A DNA stretch of 64,000 bases. Origin: an uncultured Chloroflexia bacterium (GTDB taxonomy: Bacteria; Chloroflexota; Limnocylindria; Limnocylindrales; CSP1-4). The DNA is taken from assembly GCA_963749705.1 (NCBI GenBank), contig CAVVNQ010000003.1, positions 1 through 64,000 on the forward strand, given 5' to 3'. Both the position numbers and the translations under genes were made by a program. Numbering within the stretch: position 1 is the first letter of the stretch; each line of letters starts with the position of its first letter. Of this stretch, positions 10,535-20,174 are shown one piece after another. The notes under the pieces were generated by a model. It was not told the origin of the DNA. It searched no databases and was given only the letters and a program-made list of their open reading frames with translations.

Positions 10535-10617
10535 TCACGGGCGCGGATCCGGCGGACGCCGAGCCCAGCCCCGGGGCCGCCGAAGGGCTCGCCGCCCGGC
10601 TGCAGGCCGATGTCGCC

Positions 10618-11703
10618 GTGCTCGACCACGAGCTGGGCGAGATCGACATGCTCGTCGGGCAGGCCAGGGTGGAGGCGACCCGCCACGAGCAGAAGCGCGC
10701 GCAGGCGGCCGACAGGATCGGGGCCCCGGACGGGAAAGGCGCCGCGCCCAAGGAGCTGGCCGACGCCTGGGCCCAGCTGGTCAACCTGACCCGTCGGGCC
10801 GTCCTGATGGAGGCGCAGGTCGAGCTGCTCGACGCAAAGCGCAAGGCGCTGGCGCGTCACCGCGACGCGATCGCGGAGGTCGCGGAGGCCGCCGCCGCGG
10901 AGGCTGTTCCGGAGGCCGCGGCCGCGGGCGACGCTGCGGCGATGTCCAGCGCACGCTCGGTGCTCAACTCGCAGGAGGACCTGCGGCGCGAGATCGCCCG
11001 GGCGATGCACGACGGGCCGGCCCAGTCGCTCACCAACATCGTGCTCCAGGCGCAGATCGTGGAGCGCCTGCTGGACCGGAACCCGGCCGACGCCAAGGGC
11101 GAGCTGGGGCTGCTGGTGTCGATGGTCCAGCAGACGATCGAGGCGACCAAGAGCTTCATCTTCGATGTCCGCCCGATGGTGCTCGATGACCTGGGCCTGA
11201 TGCCCACCCTCCGGCGGGCGGCGCGGGATCGCGGCAGGCGGGCGCACATCGCGGTCGAATTCGAGTCGCTGGGCGCCGACCGACGGCTGCCGATGGAGGT
11301 CGAGAGCGCGGTGTTCCGGATCCTGGACGAGACGCTCGCCGCCTACCTCGGGCAGGCTCCCGACCGGATGACGATCCACCTGGACTGGACCGAGGAGCTC
11401 GACGTCCGGATCACCGCGCACCGCGCGGCGACCGCGCCCGAGGGCGAGGAACCGCTGCCCGAGGTCCCGACCGGTGACGTGCCCGATGCCATCAAGCAGA
11501 TGATCCAGGACCGCCACGACGCGCGCCGGGCCGCCGCCGAGGCGGCGGCGGTCGATGCGATCGTGGTCCTGCCCGCGGCCACGCGGCGCGACGTCGCGGA
11601 CCGCGCCGCGTCCATCGGAGCAACCGTCGAGGTCCTCGCGGGCGGCAGCGAGCTGCGCCTGGTGGTGCCTGCGGCCACCGGAGATTCCGGACCCTCGGCG
11701 TGA
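10618..11703 (+). CDS. Second HisKA_3 protein with degenerate ATPase domain (start may lie nearer 10531)
   Basis: H-box EIARAMHDGPAQSLTN is present. N-box and DxGxG are not recognisable. Confidence 0.75.
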   Translation: MLDHELGEIDMLVGQARVEATRHEQKRAQAADRIGAPDGKGAAPKELADAWAQLVNLTRRAVLMEAQVELLDAKRKALARHRDAIAEVAEAAAAEAVPEAAAAGDAAAMSSARSVLNSQEDLRREIARAMHDGPAQSLTNIVLQAQIVERLLDRNPADAKGELGLLVSMVQQTIEATKSFIFDVRPMVLDDLGLMPTLRRAARDRGRRAHIAVEFESLGADRRLPMEVESAVFRILDETLAAYLGQAPDRMTIHLDWTEELDVRITAHRAATAPEGEEPLPEVPTGDVPDAIKQMIQDRHDARRAAAEAAAVDAIVVLPAATRRDVADRAASIGATVEVLAGGSELRLVVPAATGDSGPSA

Positions 11704-11864
11704 TCGAATCTCGTGACGGTCGCGAGACCGGGCCCGGAATGCTGGAAACCTCGCTCGTCCTCGGCCTCGCGGTCGTGCTCGCGGTGGTCATCGTGGTGTT
11801 CTTTGGTGGGGTGCTCGCCGATGCCATCGGCGTCCTGGTGGACGTCGCGCACGGGGGCCGCTGA
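11700..11864 (+). CDS. Atypical Flp-like small pilin (54 aa)
   Basis: Not in the ORF track. GTG overlaps the previous stop: MIESRDGRETG|PGMLETSLVLGLAVVLAVVIVVFFGGVLADAIGVLVDVAHGGR, with Gly at -1, Glu at +5 and a hydrophobic helix. Confidence 0.7.
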   Translation: MIESRDGRETGPGMLETSLVLGLAVVLAVVIVVFFGGVLADAIGVLVDVAHGGR

Positions 11865-11976
11865 CCCGGGACCGGCCCGCGGGACCAGGACGATCGTCTC
11901 ATTGGCTTGGTTCGCGAGACCCCGTACGTTGTGGGCGCCCTGATCTTGGGGCGGGACTCATCTCGGGAGGCAGTGC

Positions 11977-12147
11977 ATGGCACTCATCAACTCGTTCCTC
12001 GCATCGATCCGCCGTGACGACGAAGGCCAGGGCCTCGCCGAGTACGCGCTGATCCTCGCCCTCATCGCCATCGTGGCGATCATCGCGCTGATCTTCCTGG
12101 GCAACCAGGTCTCGTCGATCCTGTCGACGGTCGGTAACTCCGTCTAG
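11977..12147 (+). CDS. flp: Flp family type IVc pilin (56 aa)
   Basis: GGGAGG RBS. MALINSFLASIRRDDEG|QGLAEYALILALIAIVAIIALIFLGNQVSSILSTVGNSV. Confidence 0.95.
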   Translation: MALINSFLASIRRDDEGQGLAEYALILALIAIVAIIALIFLGNQVSSILSTVGNSV

Positions 12148-12170
12148 TCGCGGGACCGCAAACGCAACGC

Positions 12171-12197
12171 AAGGCCGCCGGCTCGTCCGGCGGCCTT
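12171..12197 (+). terminator. Stem-loop after first flp
   Basis: AAGGCCGCCGG-ctcgt-CCGGCGGCCTT, a perfect 11-bp stem with a weak U tail. Confidence 0.6.
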
Positions 12198-12257
12198 CGT
12201 GCGTCCGGGACGGAGGCTCGCCTGTGCGCCGGGGCAACGGAACGGGACCGTGATGGG

Positions 12258-12286
12258 TTGACACCTCGGCACCAGCGACATACCGT
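12258..12286 (+). promoter_or_regulatory. Sigma70-type promoter of second flp
   Basis: TTGACA-N17-TACCGT upstream of the AAGGAGGTG RBS. Confidence 0.65.
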
Positions 12287-12339
12287 GCGCACGCCGCGAG
12301 CGATCGCGGACATCTGCCGGGAAGGAGGTGAACCCAATC

Positions 12340-12504
12340 ATGCTGCACGCACTTATCTCGCTCTTCAATCGTGACGACGAAGGCCAGGGCCTCGCCGAGT
12401 ACGCGCTGATCCTCGCCCTCATCGCCATCGTGGCGATCATCGCGCTGATCTTCCTGGGCAACCAGGTCTCACAGATCCTGTCGACGGTCGGAAACTCCGT
12501 CTAG
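12340..12504 (+). CDS. flp: Flp family type IVc pilin (54 aa)
   Basis: AAGGAGGTG RBS. MLHALISLFNRDDEG|QGLAEYALILALIAIVAIIALIFLGNQVSQILSTVGNSV. Confidence 0.95.
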   Translation: MLHALISLFNRDDEGQGLAEYALILALIAIVAIIALIFLGNQVSQILSTVGNSV

Positions 12505-12529
12505 TCGGGCTCTCGAAGCAACAATCGAC

Positions 12530-12557
12530 CGCCGGCTGCCCGCAGGGGCGGCCGGCG
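12530..12557 (+). terminator. Stem-loop after second flp
   Basis: CGCCGGCTGCCC-gcag-GGGCGGCCGGCG, 12 bp with one G-U pair. Confidence 0.5.
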
Positions 12558-12867
12558 TCGTGTTCCCGGGGGACATGGCGCCGCATCCCGCGGTGCCTGT
12601 TCGTGTCGCTGGCGGACCGGATTCGCGGGCTGCCACGCCTCCGGGTGCTTCGGCGCCTGACTGACGGTCTGCCCCGCGCTTGTGTCGAGCTCGGGCTCGC
12701 GCGCCGGGGTCGCGGAGGTGTCGCGCGGCTGCCTTGCAGCGCACCTTACGATGCGCAGCGGCTCTGCCCAATTCCTCCCAACGGTCCTAGCCCTTTCGAC
12801 TAGTCGTCGCCAAGAATCGTGGTGCTAGAGTGGTGCCACCTGTCACTACGGCTCGGGGAGAACACCT

Positions 12868-13761
12868 TTGAAGCGCTCGAACCGGTTGATCCTCCTTATC
12901 GGGATCTTCCTCGCCATCATCGCGTTCGTCGGCGTGATCGTCATCAGCCAACCACCTCCCAATCCAACGGATACGACCACGCTCACGAAGACCACCATCG
13001 TGGTGGCAGCGCAGAACATCCCGCTCGGCAGCAAGATCACGGCCGAGATGCTCACGACCACCGAGGTTGACGCCCCGGCCCCGGCCGGCACGTTCAGCGA
13101 CAAGTCGCTCGTCATCGGCCAGACGGCCCGCGCCGACGTCGATGCCGGCCAGGCGATCACGACGACCATCACCAACGGCAGCGCCGCGGGGGTCCTCGAC
13201 GTCCGCGTCCCGGCCGGCAGGGTCGCGATCGCAGTCCAGGTCGACCAGGTCACCGGCGTGGGCACGGTCATCAAGGCCGGCGACTACGTCGACATGGTGG
13301 TCGCGATCACGGGCGACAAGTTCCCCGTGGTCACGCTCAACCCCACCGATCAGTCGATCACCGTCGTGTCAGGCCTCAACGCGACCAGCGTCAAGCTGCT
13401 GGTCCAGGGTGGCCAGGTGCTGGGCGCGCTGCTGCCACCGGCGCCTGCGGCCACGGGCGACAACTCCACCGCGCCGACCAATGCCACCACGCTCAACGGG
13501 CAGCAGGAGATCGTGCTCATCGCGGTCACCGCCCAGCAGGCCGAGGTCATCAAGTACGCACAGGTGGACGGCAACATCTCGCTCCTTCTCCGCAGCGGCG
13601 ACGACTTCCGCGATCCGGACACCGGGCTCCCGCTCGATCCGACGCTCATCGTCCCTGCCACGACCACCGGCATCACCCTCAAGAGCCTCGTCGACGACTA
13701 CGGCGTGCTCGTGCCGCAGCTCGTCGAAGGCATCCTGCCGAACCAGTCACCGGCCCCGTAG
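12868..13761 (+). CDS. cpaB: Flp pilus assembly protein CpaB/RcpC
   Basis: N-terminal TM, SAF-like IVVAAQNIPLGSKIT, VPAGRVAIAV..GVGTVIKAGDYVD. Position in the Tad cluster. Confidence 0.88.
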   Translation: MKRSNRLILLIGIFLAIIAFVGVIVISQPPPNPTDTTTLTKTTIVVAAQNIPLGSKITAEMLTTTEVDAPAPAGTFSDKSLVIGQTARADVDAGQAITTTITNGSAAGVLDVRVPAGRVAIAVQVDQVTGVGTVIKAGDYVDMVVAITGDKFPVVTLNPTDQSITVVSGLNATSVKLLVQGGQVLGALLPPAPAATGDNSTAPTNATTLNGQQEIVLIAVTAQQAEVIKYAQVDGNISLLLRSGDDFRDPDTGLPLDPTLIVPATTTGITLKSLVDDYGVLVPQLVEGILPNQSPAP

Positions 13762-13926
13762 GACGTTCTCCCGCGGGCCGCTGAGCCCGCGATCGCGACC
13801 TGATGGGCCGGTGACCAGCCGGCCCATCGCGTTCGCACCACCGTCGCCCCGGCGACGCCAGCCGCCACCGTCGCCACCGGCGACGACCACCGCCAACGTA
13901 CCCATCGAGGTCGGACAGCCCCCGAT

Positions 13927-15186
13927 ATGGCAGACCAGATCCGCGTCCTCATCGTCGACGACATTCCGGAGACCCGAGATCACCTCGCGAAGCTGCTGAG
14001 CTTCGAGTCGGATTTCGAGGTCGTCGGGTCGGCGGCGTCGGGGCGCGAAGCGCTCGAGATCGCCGCGCAGGTGTCGCCGGACGTGGTCCTGATGGACATC
14101 AACATGCCCGACATGGACGGCATCGCGACCACCGAGCGGCTGGCGGCCGAGGTCCCCACGGCATCGGTCGTGATGATGTCGGTCCAGGGCGAGGCGGACT
14201 ACCTCCGTCGATCGATGCTCGCCGGCGCCCGCGAGTTCCTGGTCAAGCCGTTCTCGTCCGACGAGCTCACCTCGTCGATCCGCCAGGTCTACACGCGGGA
14301 ACGCGAGAAGATGTCGCGGATCGCGGTCCAGGTGGATGCCGGCACGAGCGCGGCCCGCGCCGCGGACGCCGGTCGCGCGAGCGGCGAGCCCGGACGGGTC
14401 ATCGCGGTGTTCGGACCCAAGGGCGGCGTGGGGCGCACCACGCTGGCGGTCAACCTGGCCGTCGCCGCCGCGACCGAGCTCGGCCAGCGAACGTGCCTGG
14501 TGGACGCCTCGTTCCAGTTCGGCGACGTGGGCGTGCTGCTCAACCTCAATCCCAAGAACAAGTCGGTCGCCGATCTCGTCCCCGAGCTCGAGAGCGGCGA
14601 TCCGGACGCGGTGGACACGTACCTGATCAACCACTCGTCCGGGATCCGCGTCCTGCTGGCACCACCCTCGCCGGAGACGGCGGAGCTGATCACGCCCGCC
14701 GGCGCGAAGCGGATGATCGAGATCCTGAGCCGGGACCACGACCTGGTCGTCGTGGACTGCCAGTCATCGTTCAACGACACCACCCTCGCCATCCTCGACC
14801 TCGCGGACACCGTCCTCACGATGCTGTCGCTCGAGATCACCTCGATCAAGAACATCCGCCTCTTCCTCGAGGTGGCGGACCAGCTGGGCTACGGCGCGGA
14901 CAAGATCCGGCTCGTGCTCAACCGGGCCAATTCGTCGCTGGGGATCCGCGTCGCCGACGTGGAGCACTCCATCGGGCGGCGCGTCGACCACACGATCGTC
15001 TCCGACGGTCGCAGCGTGGTGTACGCCCTCAACCGGGGCGTACCGTTCTTCCTGTCCAATCGCGAAGCCCAGGTGTCCCAGGACATCCTGCGCCTCGCCA
15101 ATGCGGTCGTCGGGACCAGGCCGGCCGAGGCCGGCGCAGCCGACAAGAAGGCCGCGCAGAAGAAGTCGATGTTCGCGTGGCGATGA
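13927..15186 (+). CDS. cpaE: CpaE/TadZ: receiver domain + MinD-like ATPase
   Basis: VDD..VLMDINMP..VKPF receiver; GPKGGVGRTT deviant Walker A; DASFQFGDV. Confidence 0.88.
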   Translation: MADQIRVLIVDDIPETRDHLAKLLSFESDFEVVGSAASGREALEIAAQVSPDVVLMDINMPDMDGIATTERLAAEVPTASVVMMSVQGEADYLRRSMLAGAREFLVKPFSSDELTSSIRQVYTREREKMSRIAVQVDAGTSAARAADAGRASGEPGRVIAVFGPKGGVGRTTLAVNLAVAAATELGQRTCLVDASFQFGDVGVLLNLNPKNKSVADLVPELESGDPDAVDTYLINHSSGIRVLLAPPSPETAELITPAGAKRMIEILSRDHDLVVVDCQSSFNDTTLAILDLADTVLTMLSLEITSIKNIRLFLEVADQLGYGADKIRLVLNRANSSLGIRVADVEHSIGRRVDHTIVSDGRSVVYALNRGVPFFLSNREAQVSQDILRLANAVVGTRPAEAGAADKKAAQKKSMFAWR

Positions 15187-15233
15187 CGCGACAGCATGTG
15201 CAGCGGCCGCTCGCGGCCGAAGGGGTGTAGGCG

Positions 15234-16643
15234 ATGTCCCTCCTGAGGCGAATTGAAAGCGCCCGTCCCGGCGCCGGCGGGGCACCCGACGGCTCCAATG
15301 TCCCCGCCCCCACGCCCGGAGGCCCGGGGGACACCGGCGGGACGCCGGTGCCGCAGCCGCGGCTCATGTCCTCGGCTCCGGTCAGGGAGTCGTTCCGGGA
15401 CGTCAAGTTCCGGATCCAGAACCGCGTCATCCAGGACCTTGACCCCAAGCTCGACCTGTCCAACCAGGTCGAGGTCCGCCGGCAGATCGAGGAGATCTTC
15501 GGCAAGGTCATCGACGAGGAGGGGCTTGCCCTCACCCGCGCCGAGCGGGTGCGGATGCTGGAGCAGATCACCGACGAGATCATCGGCCTCGGGCCGCTGG
15601 AGCCGCTGCTCCGCGACGAGTCCATCTCCGAGGTGATGGTCAACGGCCCGCGCCAGGTCTACATCGAGCGCTCCGGCCGCCTGGAGCTGACCAACGTCGT
15701 GTTCCAGAACGACGACCACGTGATGCGGATCATCGATCGGATCATCGCCCCGATCGGCCGCCGCGTCGACGAGTCCTCGCCGATGGTCGACGCCCGCCTC
15801 ACCGACGGGTCGCGCGTCAACGCCATCATCCCGCCGCTGTCGCTGGTGGGACCCGTGGTCACGATCCGGAAGTTCTCGGCCTCCCCCTTCACCGTGGACG
15901 ACCTGGTCCGCTTCGGCACCGCGACCCCGGACATGTTCGAGTTCCTGCGCGCCTCGGTCGAGGCCCGGCTCAACGTGTTCGTGTCCGGCGGCACCGGCTC
16001 CGGCAAGACCACCACGCTCAACGTGCTGTCGTCGTTCATCCCCAACGACGAGCGGATCGTGACCATCGAGGACGCCGCCGAGCTCCAGCTCCGCCAGGAG
16101 CACGTGGTGACGCTCGAGTCGCGCCCGCCCAACATCGAGGGCAAGGGCCAGATCCCGATCCGGGAGCTCGTCCGGAACTCGCTGCGGATGCGACCGGACC
16201 GGATCATCGTCGGCGAGTGCCGTTCGGGCGAGGCGCTGGACATGCTCCAGGCCATGAACACCGGCCACGACGGCTCGATGTCGACCGGCCACGCCAACAG
16301 CCCGCGTGACATGCTGTCGCGCCTCGAGACGATGGTCCTGATGGCGGGCGTCGACCTGCCGGTCCGCGCCATCCGCGAGCAGATCGCATCCGCCGTCGAC
16401 GTCATCGTCCACCAGTCCCGCCTCAAGGATGGATCCCGCCGGATCACCAACATCACCGAGGTCCAGGGCATGGAGGGCGACGTCATCGTGATGCAGGACG
16501 TGTTCGTGTTCGAGCAGACCGGCATCGTCGAGGGCAAGATCCAGGGCCGCCTGAAGCCGACCGGCATCCGGCCCAAGTTCGTCGAGAAGTTCGAGGTCCA
16601 GGGCATTCACCTGCCGCAGGGCCTGTTCACCTCCACCTTCTAG
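15234..16643 (+). CDS. cpaF: CpaF/TadA pilus assembly ATPase
   Basis: GGTGSGKTT, TIEDAAEL, LRMRPDRIIVGECR, AMNTGHDG. Confidence 0.95.
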   Translation: MSLLRRIESARPGAGGAPDGSNVPAPTPGGPGDTGGTPVPQPRLMSSAPVRESFRDVKFRIQNRVIQDLDPKLDLSNQVEVRRQIEEIFGKVIDEEGLALTRAERVRMLEQITDEIIGLGPLEPLLRDESISEVMVNGPRQVYIERSGRLELTNVVFQNDDHVMRIIDRIIAPIGRRVDESSPMVDARLTDGSRVNAIIPPLSLVGPVVTIRKFSASPFTVDDLVRFGTATPDMFEFLRASVEARLNVFVSGGTGSGKTTTLNVLSSFIPNDERIVTIEDAAELQLRQEHVVTLESRPPNIEGKGQIPIRELVRNSLRMRPDRIIVGECRSGEALDMLQAMNTGHDGSMSTGHANSPRDMLSRLETMVLMAGVDLPVRAIREQIASAVDVIVHQSRLKDGSRRITNITEVQGMEGDVIVMQDVFVFEQTGIVEGKIQGRLKPTGIRPKFVEKFEVQGIHLPQGLFTSTF

Positions 16644-16669
16644 CCGACCAGGACGGGGAGAATTCGCTC

Positions 16670-17680
16670 GTGGACATGACGATCGCTATCGCCGGCGTCG
16701 CCGCCCTCGCGATCCTGCTGATCGCCGTGGGCGTGGCGATGTCCGGCGGCGGCTCCGGCGTCAACGCTCGACTCGAGCGATACGCCTCGGGTCGCCAGGA
16801 GAAGCCGGAGACCGAGGGGGGCCAGGGCGGCCTCGCCGACGCGATCCAGTCGAGCGTGGCGCTGGCCCAGCTCAACCGTGTCGTCGAGCAGCGCGACTTC
16901 GGGGCGAACCTCGCCCGCGAGATCGCTCGCGCCGACCTGCGCCTCAAGGTCTCCGAGTACCTCGTCCTGTGGGCAGGGACCACGCTGGGGGTCCCGTTCC
17001 TGATGATCCTGCTGTCGGTGGGCGTGCCCACCCTGCGCAACCCGATCGTGCTCCTGGTCGGCGTCCTGATCGGGTTCCTGCTGCCGCGGTTCTGGCTGGG
17101 TCGCCGCAAGTCGAGCCGGCTGAACGCGTTCAACAAGCAGCTGCCCGACACGATCACCCTGATCGCCAACGCGCTGCGCGCCGGGTCCTCGTTCCTCCAG
17201 GCGATCGAGCTCGTCGTGCGCGAGTCCCACCCGCCGATCTCCACGGAGTTCGGGCGCGTCATCCGCGAGGTCAACCTGGGCCTGGCGTTCGATACCGCGC
17301 TCGAGAACATGGTCCGGCGCGTGCGCTCGGACGACCTGGAGCTGATGGCCACCGCGATCTCGATCCAGCACACCGTCGGCGGCAACCTGGCCGAGATCCT
17401 GGACTCGATCGCGTTCACCATCCGCGAGCGCGTCCGGATCAAGGGCGAGATCAACACGCTCACGGCCCAGCAGCGACTGTCGGGCTACGTCGTCGGCTTC
17501 CTGCCGATCGGCCTGGCCGGCTTCCTGTTCATCGCCGCGCCCAACTTCATGGCGCCCATGTTCGACGACCGGGTCTCGGTCATCGGCCTGCCGGCCGGCG
17601 TGATCATCCTCGCGATCGGCGGGTTCGCGATGTTCATCGGCTTCATGATCATCCGCCGCATCGTCGACATCGAGGTCTAG
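16670..17680 (+). CDS. tadB: TadB (T2SSF family)
   Basis: QLPDTITLIANALRAGSSF, VGGNLAEILD, TIRERVRIKGEINTLTAQQRLSG. Confidence 0.92.
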   Translation: MDMTIAIAGVAALAILLIAVGVAMSGGGSGVNARLERYASGRQEKPETEGGQGGLADAIQSSVALAQLNRVVEQRDFGANLAREIARADLRLKVSEYLVLWAGTTLGVPFLMILLSVGVPTLRNPIVLLVGVLIGFLLPRFWLGRRKSSRLNAFNKQLPDTITLIANALRAGSSFLQAIELVVRESHPPISTEFGRVIREVNLGLAFDTALENMVRRVRSDDLELMATAISIQHTVGGNLAEILDSIAFTIRERVRIKGEINTLTAQQRLSGYVVGFLPIGLAGFLFIAAPNFMAPMFDDRVSVIGLPAGVIILAIGGFAMFIGFMIIRRIVDIEV

Positions 17681-17683
17681 CGT

Positions 17684-18619
17684 ATGGACCCCCTCGCCCT
17701 GCTCATCGCGGCGGTCGCCGCCGGCGCCATCCTCCTGATCGTCCTGGGACTGGTCGGCAGCGGCCCGGTCGACCCGGTGCAGGCTCGCCTGACCCAGCTG
17801 GGCACGATGCAGGCGAAGAACCTGGAGGAGCTGGAGCTCCAGCAGCCGCTGATCGACCGCACGCTCAAGCCGCTGGCGGCCCGCCTGTCGGGCCTCGTGT
17901 CCAACGTCACCAGCACCTCGTTCACCGCAGCAGACCGAGAAGCGCCTCGCGCTGGCCGGCAACCCCGGTGGCCTGCGCACGGCCGACTGGCTGGGCATCA
18001 AGGCGATCGGTGCGGTCGTGGGTGCCATCCTGTTCTTCCTGCTGTTCGTGCCCGGTCGGGTTCATGGACGCTGCCGCTGGTGCTGCAGTTCGTGATGATC
18101 CCGATCGGCCTCATGTTCGGGTACACCCTCCCCGAGTTCTGGCTCGGCGGACGGGTGCGCAAGCGCCAGCACGAGATCCTGCTGATGATCCCGGACGCCC
18201 TCGACCTGCTCACGATCTCCGTTCGCGCGGGCCTCGGCTTCGACGGCGCGCTGGGCAAGGTCGTGGAGAAGCTCAAGGGACCCCTGACCGAGGAGTTCCG
18301 GCGGGCCCTGGCCGAGATCCGGGTGGGCAAGGCGCGGCGCGACGCGCTGCGCGACATCGTGGCGCGGACCGAGGTCCCGGCGCTCACCAACTTCATCGGC
18401 GCGATCATCCAGGCCGAGCAGCTGGGCGTGTCGATCAGCAAGGTGCTCCAGGTCCAGTCCGAGCAGCTGCGGATCGAGCGCCGTCAGCGCGCCGAGGCGA
18501 TGGCGGCCAAGGCGCCGATCAAGATGCTGTTCCCCCTGGTGGGCTGCATCTTCCCGTCGCTGTTCATCGTGATCCTGGGGCCGGCGATCATCCTGATCAT
18601 GATCAACCTCAAGGTCTGA
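17684..18619 (+). CDS. tadC: TadC (T2SSF family), compensating frameshifts ~17928-18070
   Basis: PDALDLLTISVRAGLGFD, QAEQLGVSI, KAPIKMLFPL. The internal segment reads sensibly only in another frame (EKRLALAGNPGGLRTADWLGIK). Confidence 0.88.
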   Translation: MDPLALLIAAVAAGAILLIVLGLVGSGPVDPVQARLTQLGTMQAKNLEELELQQPLIDRTLKPLAARLSGLVSNVTSTSFTAADREAPRAGRQPRWPAHGRLAGHQGDRCGRGCHPVLPAVRARSGSWTLPLVLQFVMIPIGLMFGYTLPEFWLGGRVRKRQHEILLMIPDALDLLTISVRAGLGFDGALGKVVEKLKGPLTEEFRRALAEIRVGKARRDALRDIVARTEVPALTNFIGAIIQAEQLGVSISKVLQVQSEQLRIERRQRAEAMAAKAPIKMLFPLVGCIFPSLFIVILGPAIILIMINLKV

Positions 18620-18621
18620 CG

Positions 18622-19070
18622 CTGGACGCTGGGGCCGGATCGGGCGGGGCCGGCGCTACTGGCGGCGCCGGCGCGACTGGCGGGATCGGCGCGGTAGCCA
18701 CCGGCGTCGCGCGCAACCTCGATCGCGACACGCTGCTCGCGGAGCGCCTCGAGACGGCCGGCTCGCTGTGGGGCAAGTTCATGGGCCTCATGGGCCGGTC
18801 CTCCCTGCCCGCGGGCTCCGGGCTGTGGCTGCCGGCCAGCAACGGGATCCACATGATGTTCATGCGCTTCCCGATCGACGCGGTGTTCGTGACCAAGCCT
18901 GACGCGACGGCGTGCGGAAGGTGCGATCGGTCCACCGGCGGCTGCGCGCCTGGATCGGGCTGGTGCCGCTGGTCCTGGGCGCCGACGGGGTGCTGGAGCT
19001 GCCCGCCGGGACGATCGACGCGACCGGGACCACCGTGGGCGATCGGGTGGAGATCCGCGAGGGGTCGTAG
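18622..19070 (+). CDS. DUF192 family protein, apparent frameshift ~18910, start uncertain
   Basis: GKFMGLMGR..GIHMMFMRFPIDAVFV, then in another frame VLELPAGTIDATGTTVGDRV*. Confidence 0.75.
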
Positions 19071-19339
19071 CGCGGGGGTTCGCAGCCTTCGTGCCTGCGA
19101 CCGGCCACCGTCGTCTCCTTCGGTCGGATGCCGCTCGATGTGTGCCTGAGGTCAGCGAAGGTCGTCCATCGGGGCCAGGCAGGTGCCCGTTCCGAGCCAG
19201 TTCGTGACTGGCAGCGACGAGATCGGTCCCTTGGGGGTCGGAACGCGGGGCCACCGGGCTCGGATCGAGCGATTTGGTCGACGTCGGGCACATGCCTGGC
19301 GCCGGCGAGCACCTCGGGGTGGATCGCTGATAAGCGGCG

Positions 19340-20032
19340 ATGGCGATGCTGTCGCCCGTGACACGCCTCGGTTCGCCGGTCGGCCGGCTCCTCGACCTCG
19401 CGCTGCCGGCGCTGTGTCCCGGTTGCGGCGCCGAAGGGCCGCCGGTCTGCGACCGCTGCCGGCCCGCGCTGGATGTCCGGCGGGATCTCGCGCCGGGCAC
19501 GCCCCTGGGGCTGGCGAACGGACCGCCGGATCCGCTGCTCCAGCTCGAGTGGTGCGCACCGTTCAGCGGGACGGTGCGCCGGGCGCTGCACGCGCTCAAG
19601 TACTCGGGCGAGCGACGGCTCGCGCAACCGCTGGGCACGGCGTTGGCCGACCGGTGGCGTCGTGCCGGAGCCGGCGGCGACATCCTCGTCCCGGTGCCTG
19701 TCCATGCGAGCCGGCGGGCCGAGCGCGGCTATGACCAGGCGGAGCTGCTTGCCGCGGCGGCGGCCGCGTCGCTGGGGTGCTCGTGGCGGCCGGCGCTCGA
19801 GCGATCGCGTGCCACGGCGGCCCAGTACCGGCTCGATCGGCGGCACCGGGCGGCCAACGTGGACGAGGCGTTCGTCGTCCGGAGCGCCAGCGTCGACGCG
19901 ATCCGCGGACGGTGGATCGTGCTCGTGGACGACGTCGTCACGACCGGCGCGACGCTGTGCGCGTCGGCCGAGGCGCTGCTCCAGGCGGGTGCGTTCGCGG
20001 TGTCCGCGATCACCGTCGCGCGCGAGCGGTAG
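19340..20032 (+). CDS. comF: ComF family protein (Zn ribbon + PRTase)
   Basis: CPGC..CDRC, LKYSG, VPVPVH..ERGYDQA, LVDDVVTTGATL. Confidence 0.92.
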   Translation: MAMLSPVTRLGSPVGRLLDLALPALCPGCGAEGPPVCDRCRPALDVRRDLAPGTPLGLANGPPDPLLQLEWCAPFSGTVRRALHALKYSGERRLAQPLGTALADRWRRAGAGGDILVPVPVHASRRAERGYDQAELLAAAAAASLGCSWRPALERSRATAAQYRLDRRHRAANVDEAFVVRSASVDAIRGRWIVLVDDVVTTGATLCASAEALLQAGAFAVSAITVARER

Positions 20033-20174
20033 GAGGATCGGTGGCACGGATGGGACGAGCGGCTCTCACGGTCTGCTGGGGTCGCACGGCTATACTCGAG
20101 GCTCCGGACAGGGCACATCCGTCGCCCCGTCCGCCCCCCGCAGCCAGGCGCCGCAACGCGCCGGGAGGTCAACC

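Noticed and set aside
12200-12340. c-di-GMP riboswitch upstream of flp2
   Set aside because: I could not match the GEMM-I or GEMM-II conserved elements. A sigma70 promoter explains the region.
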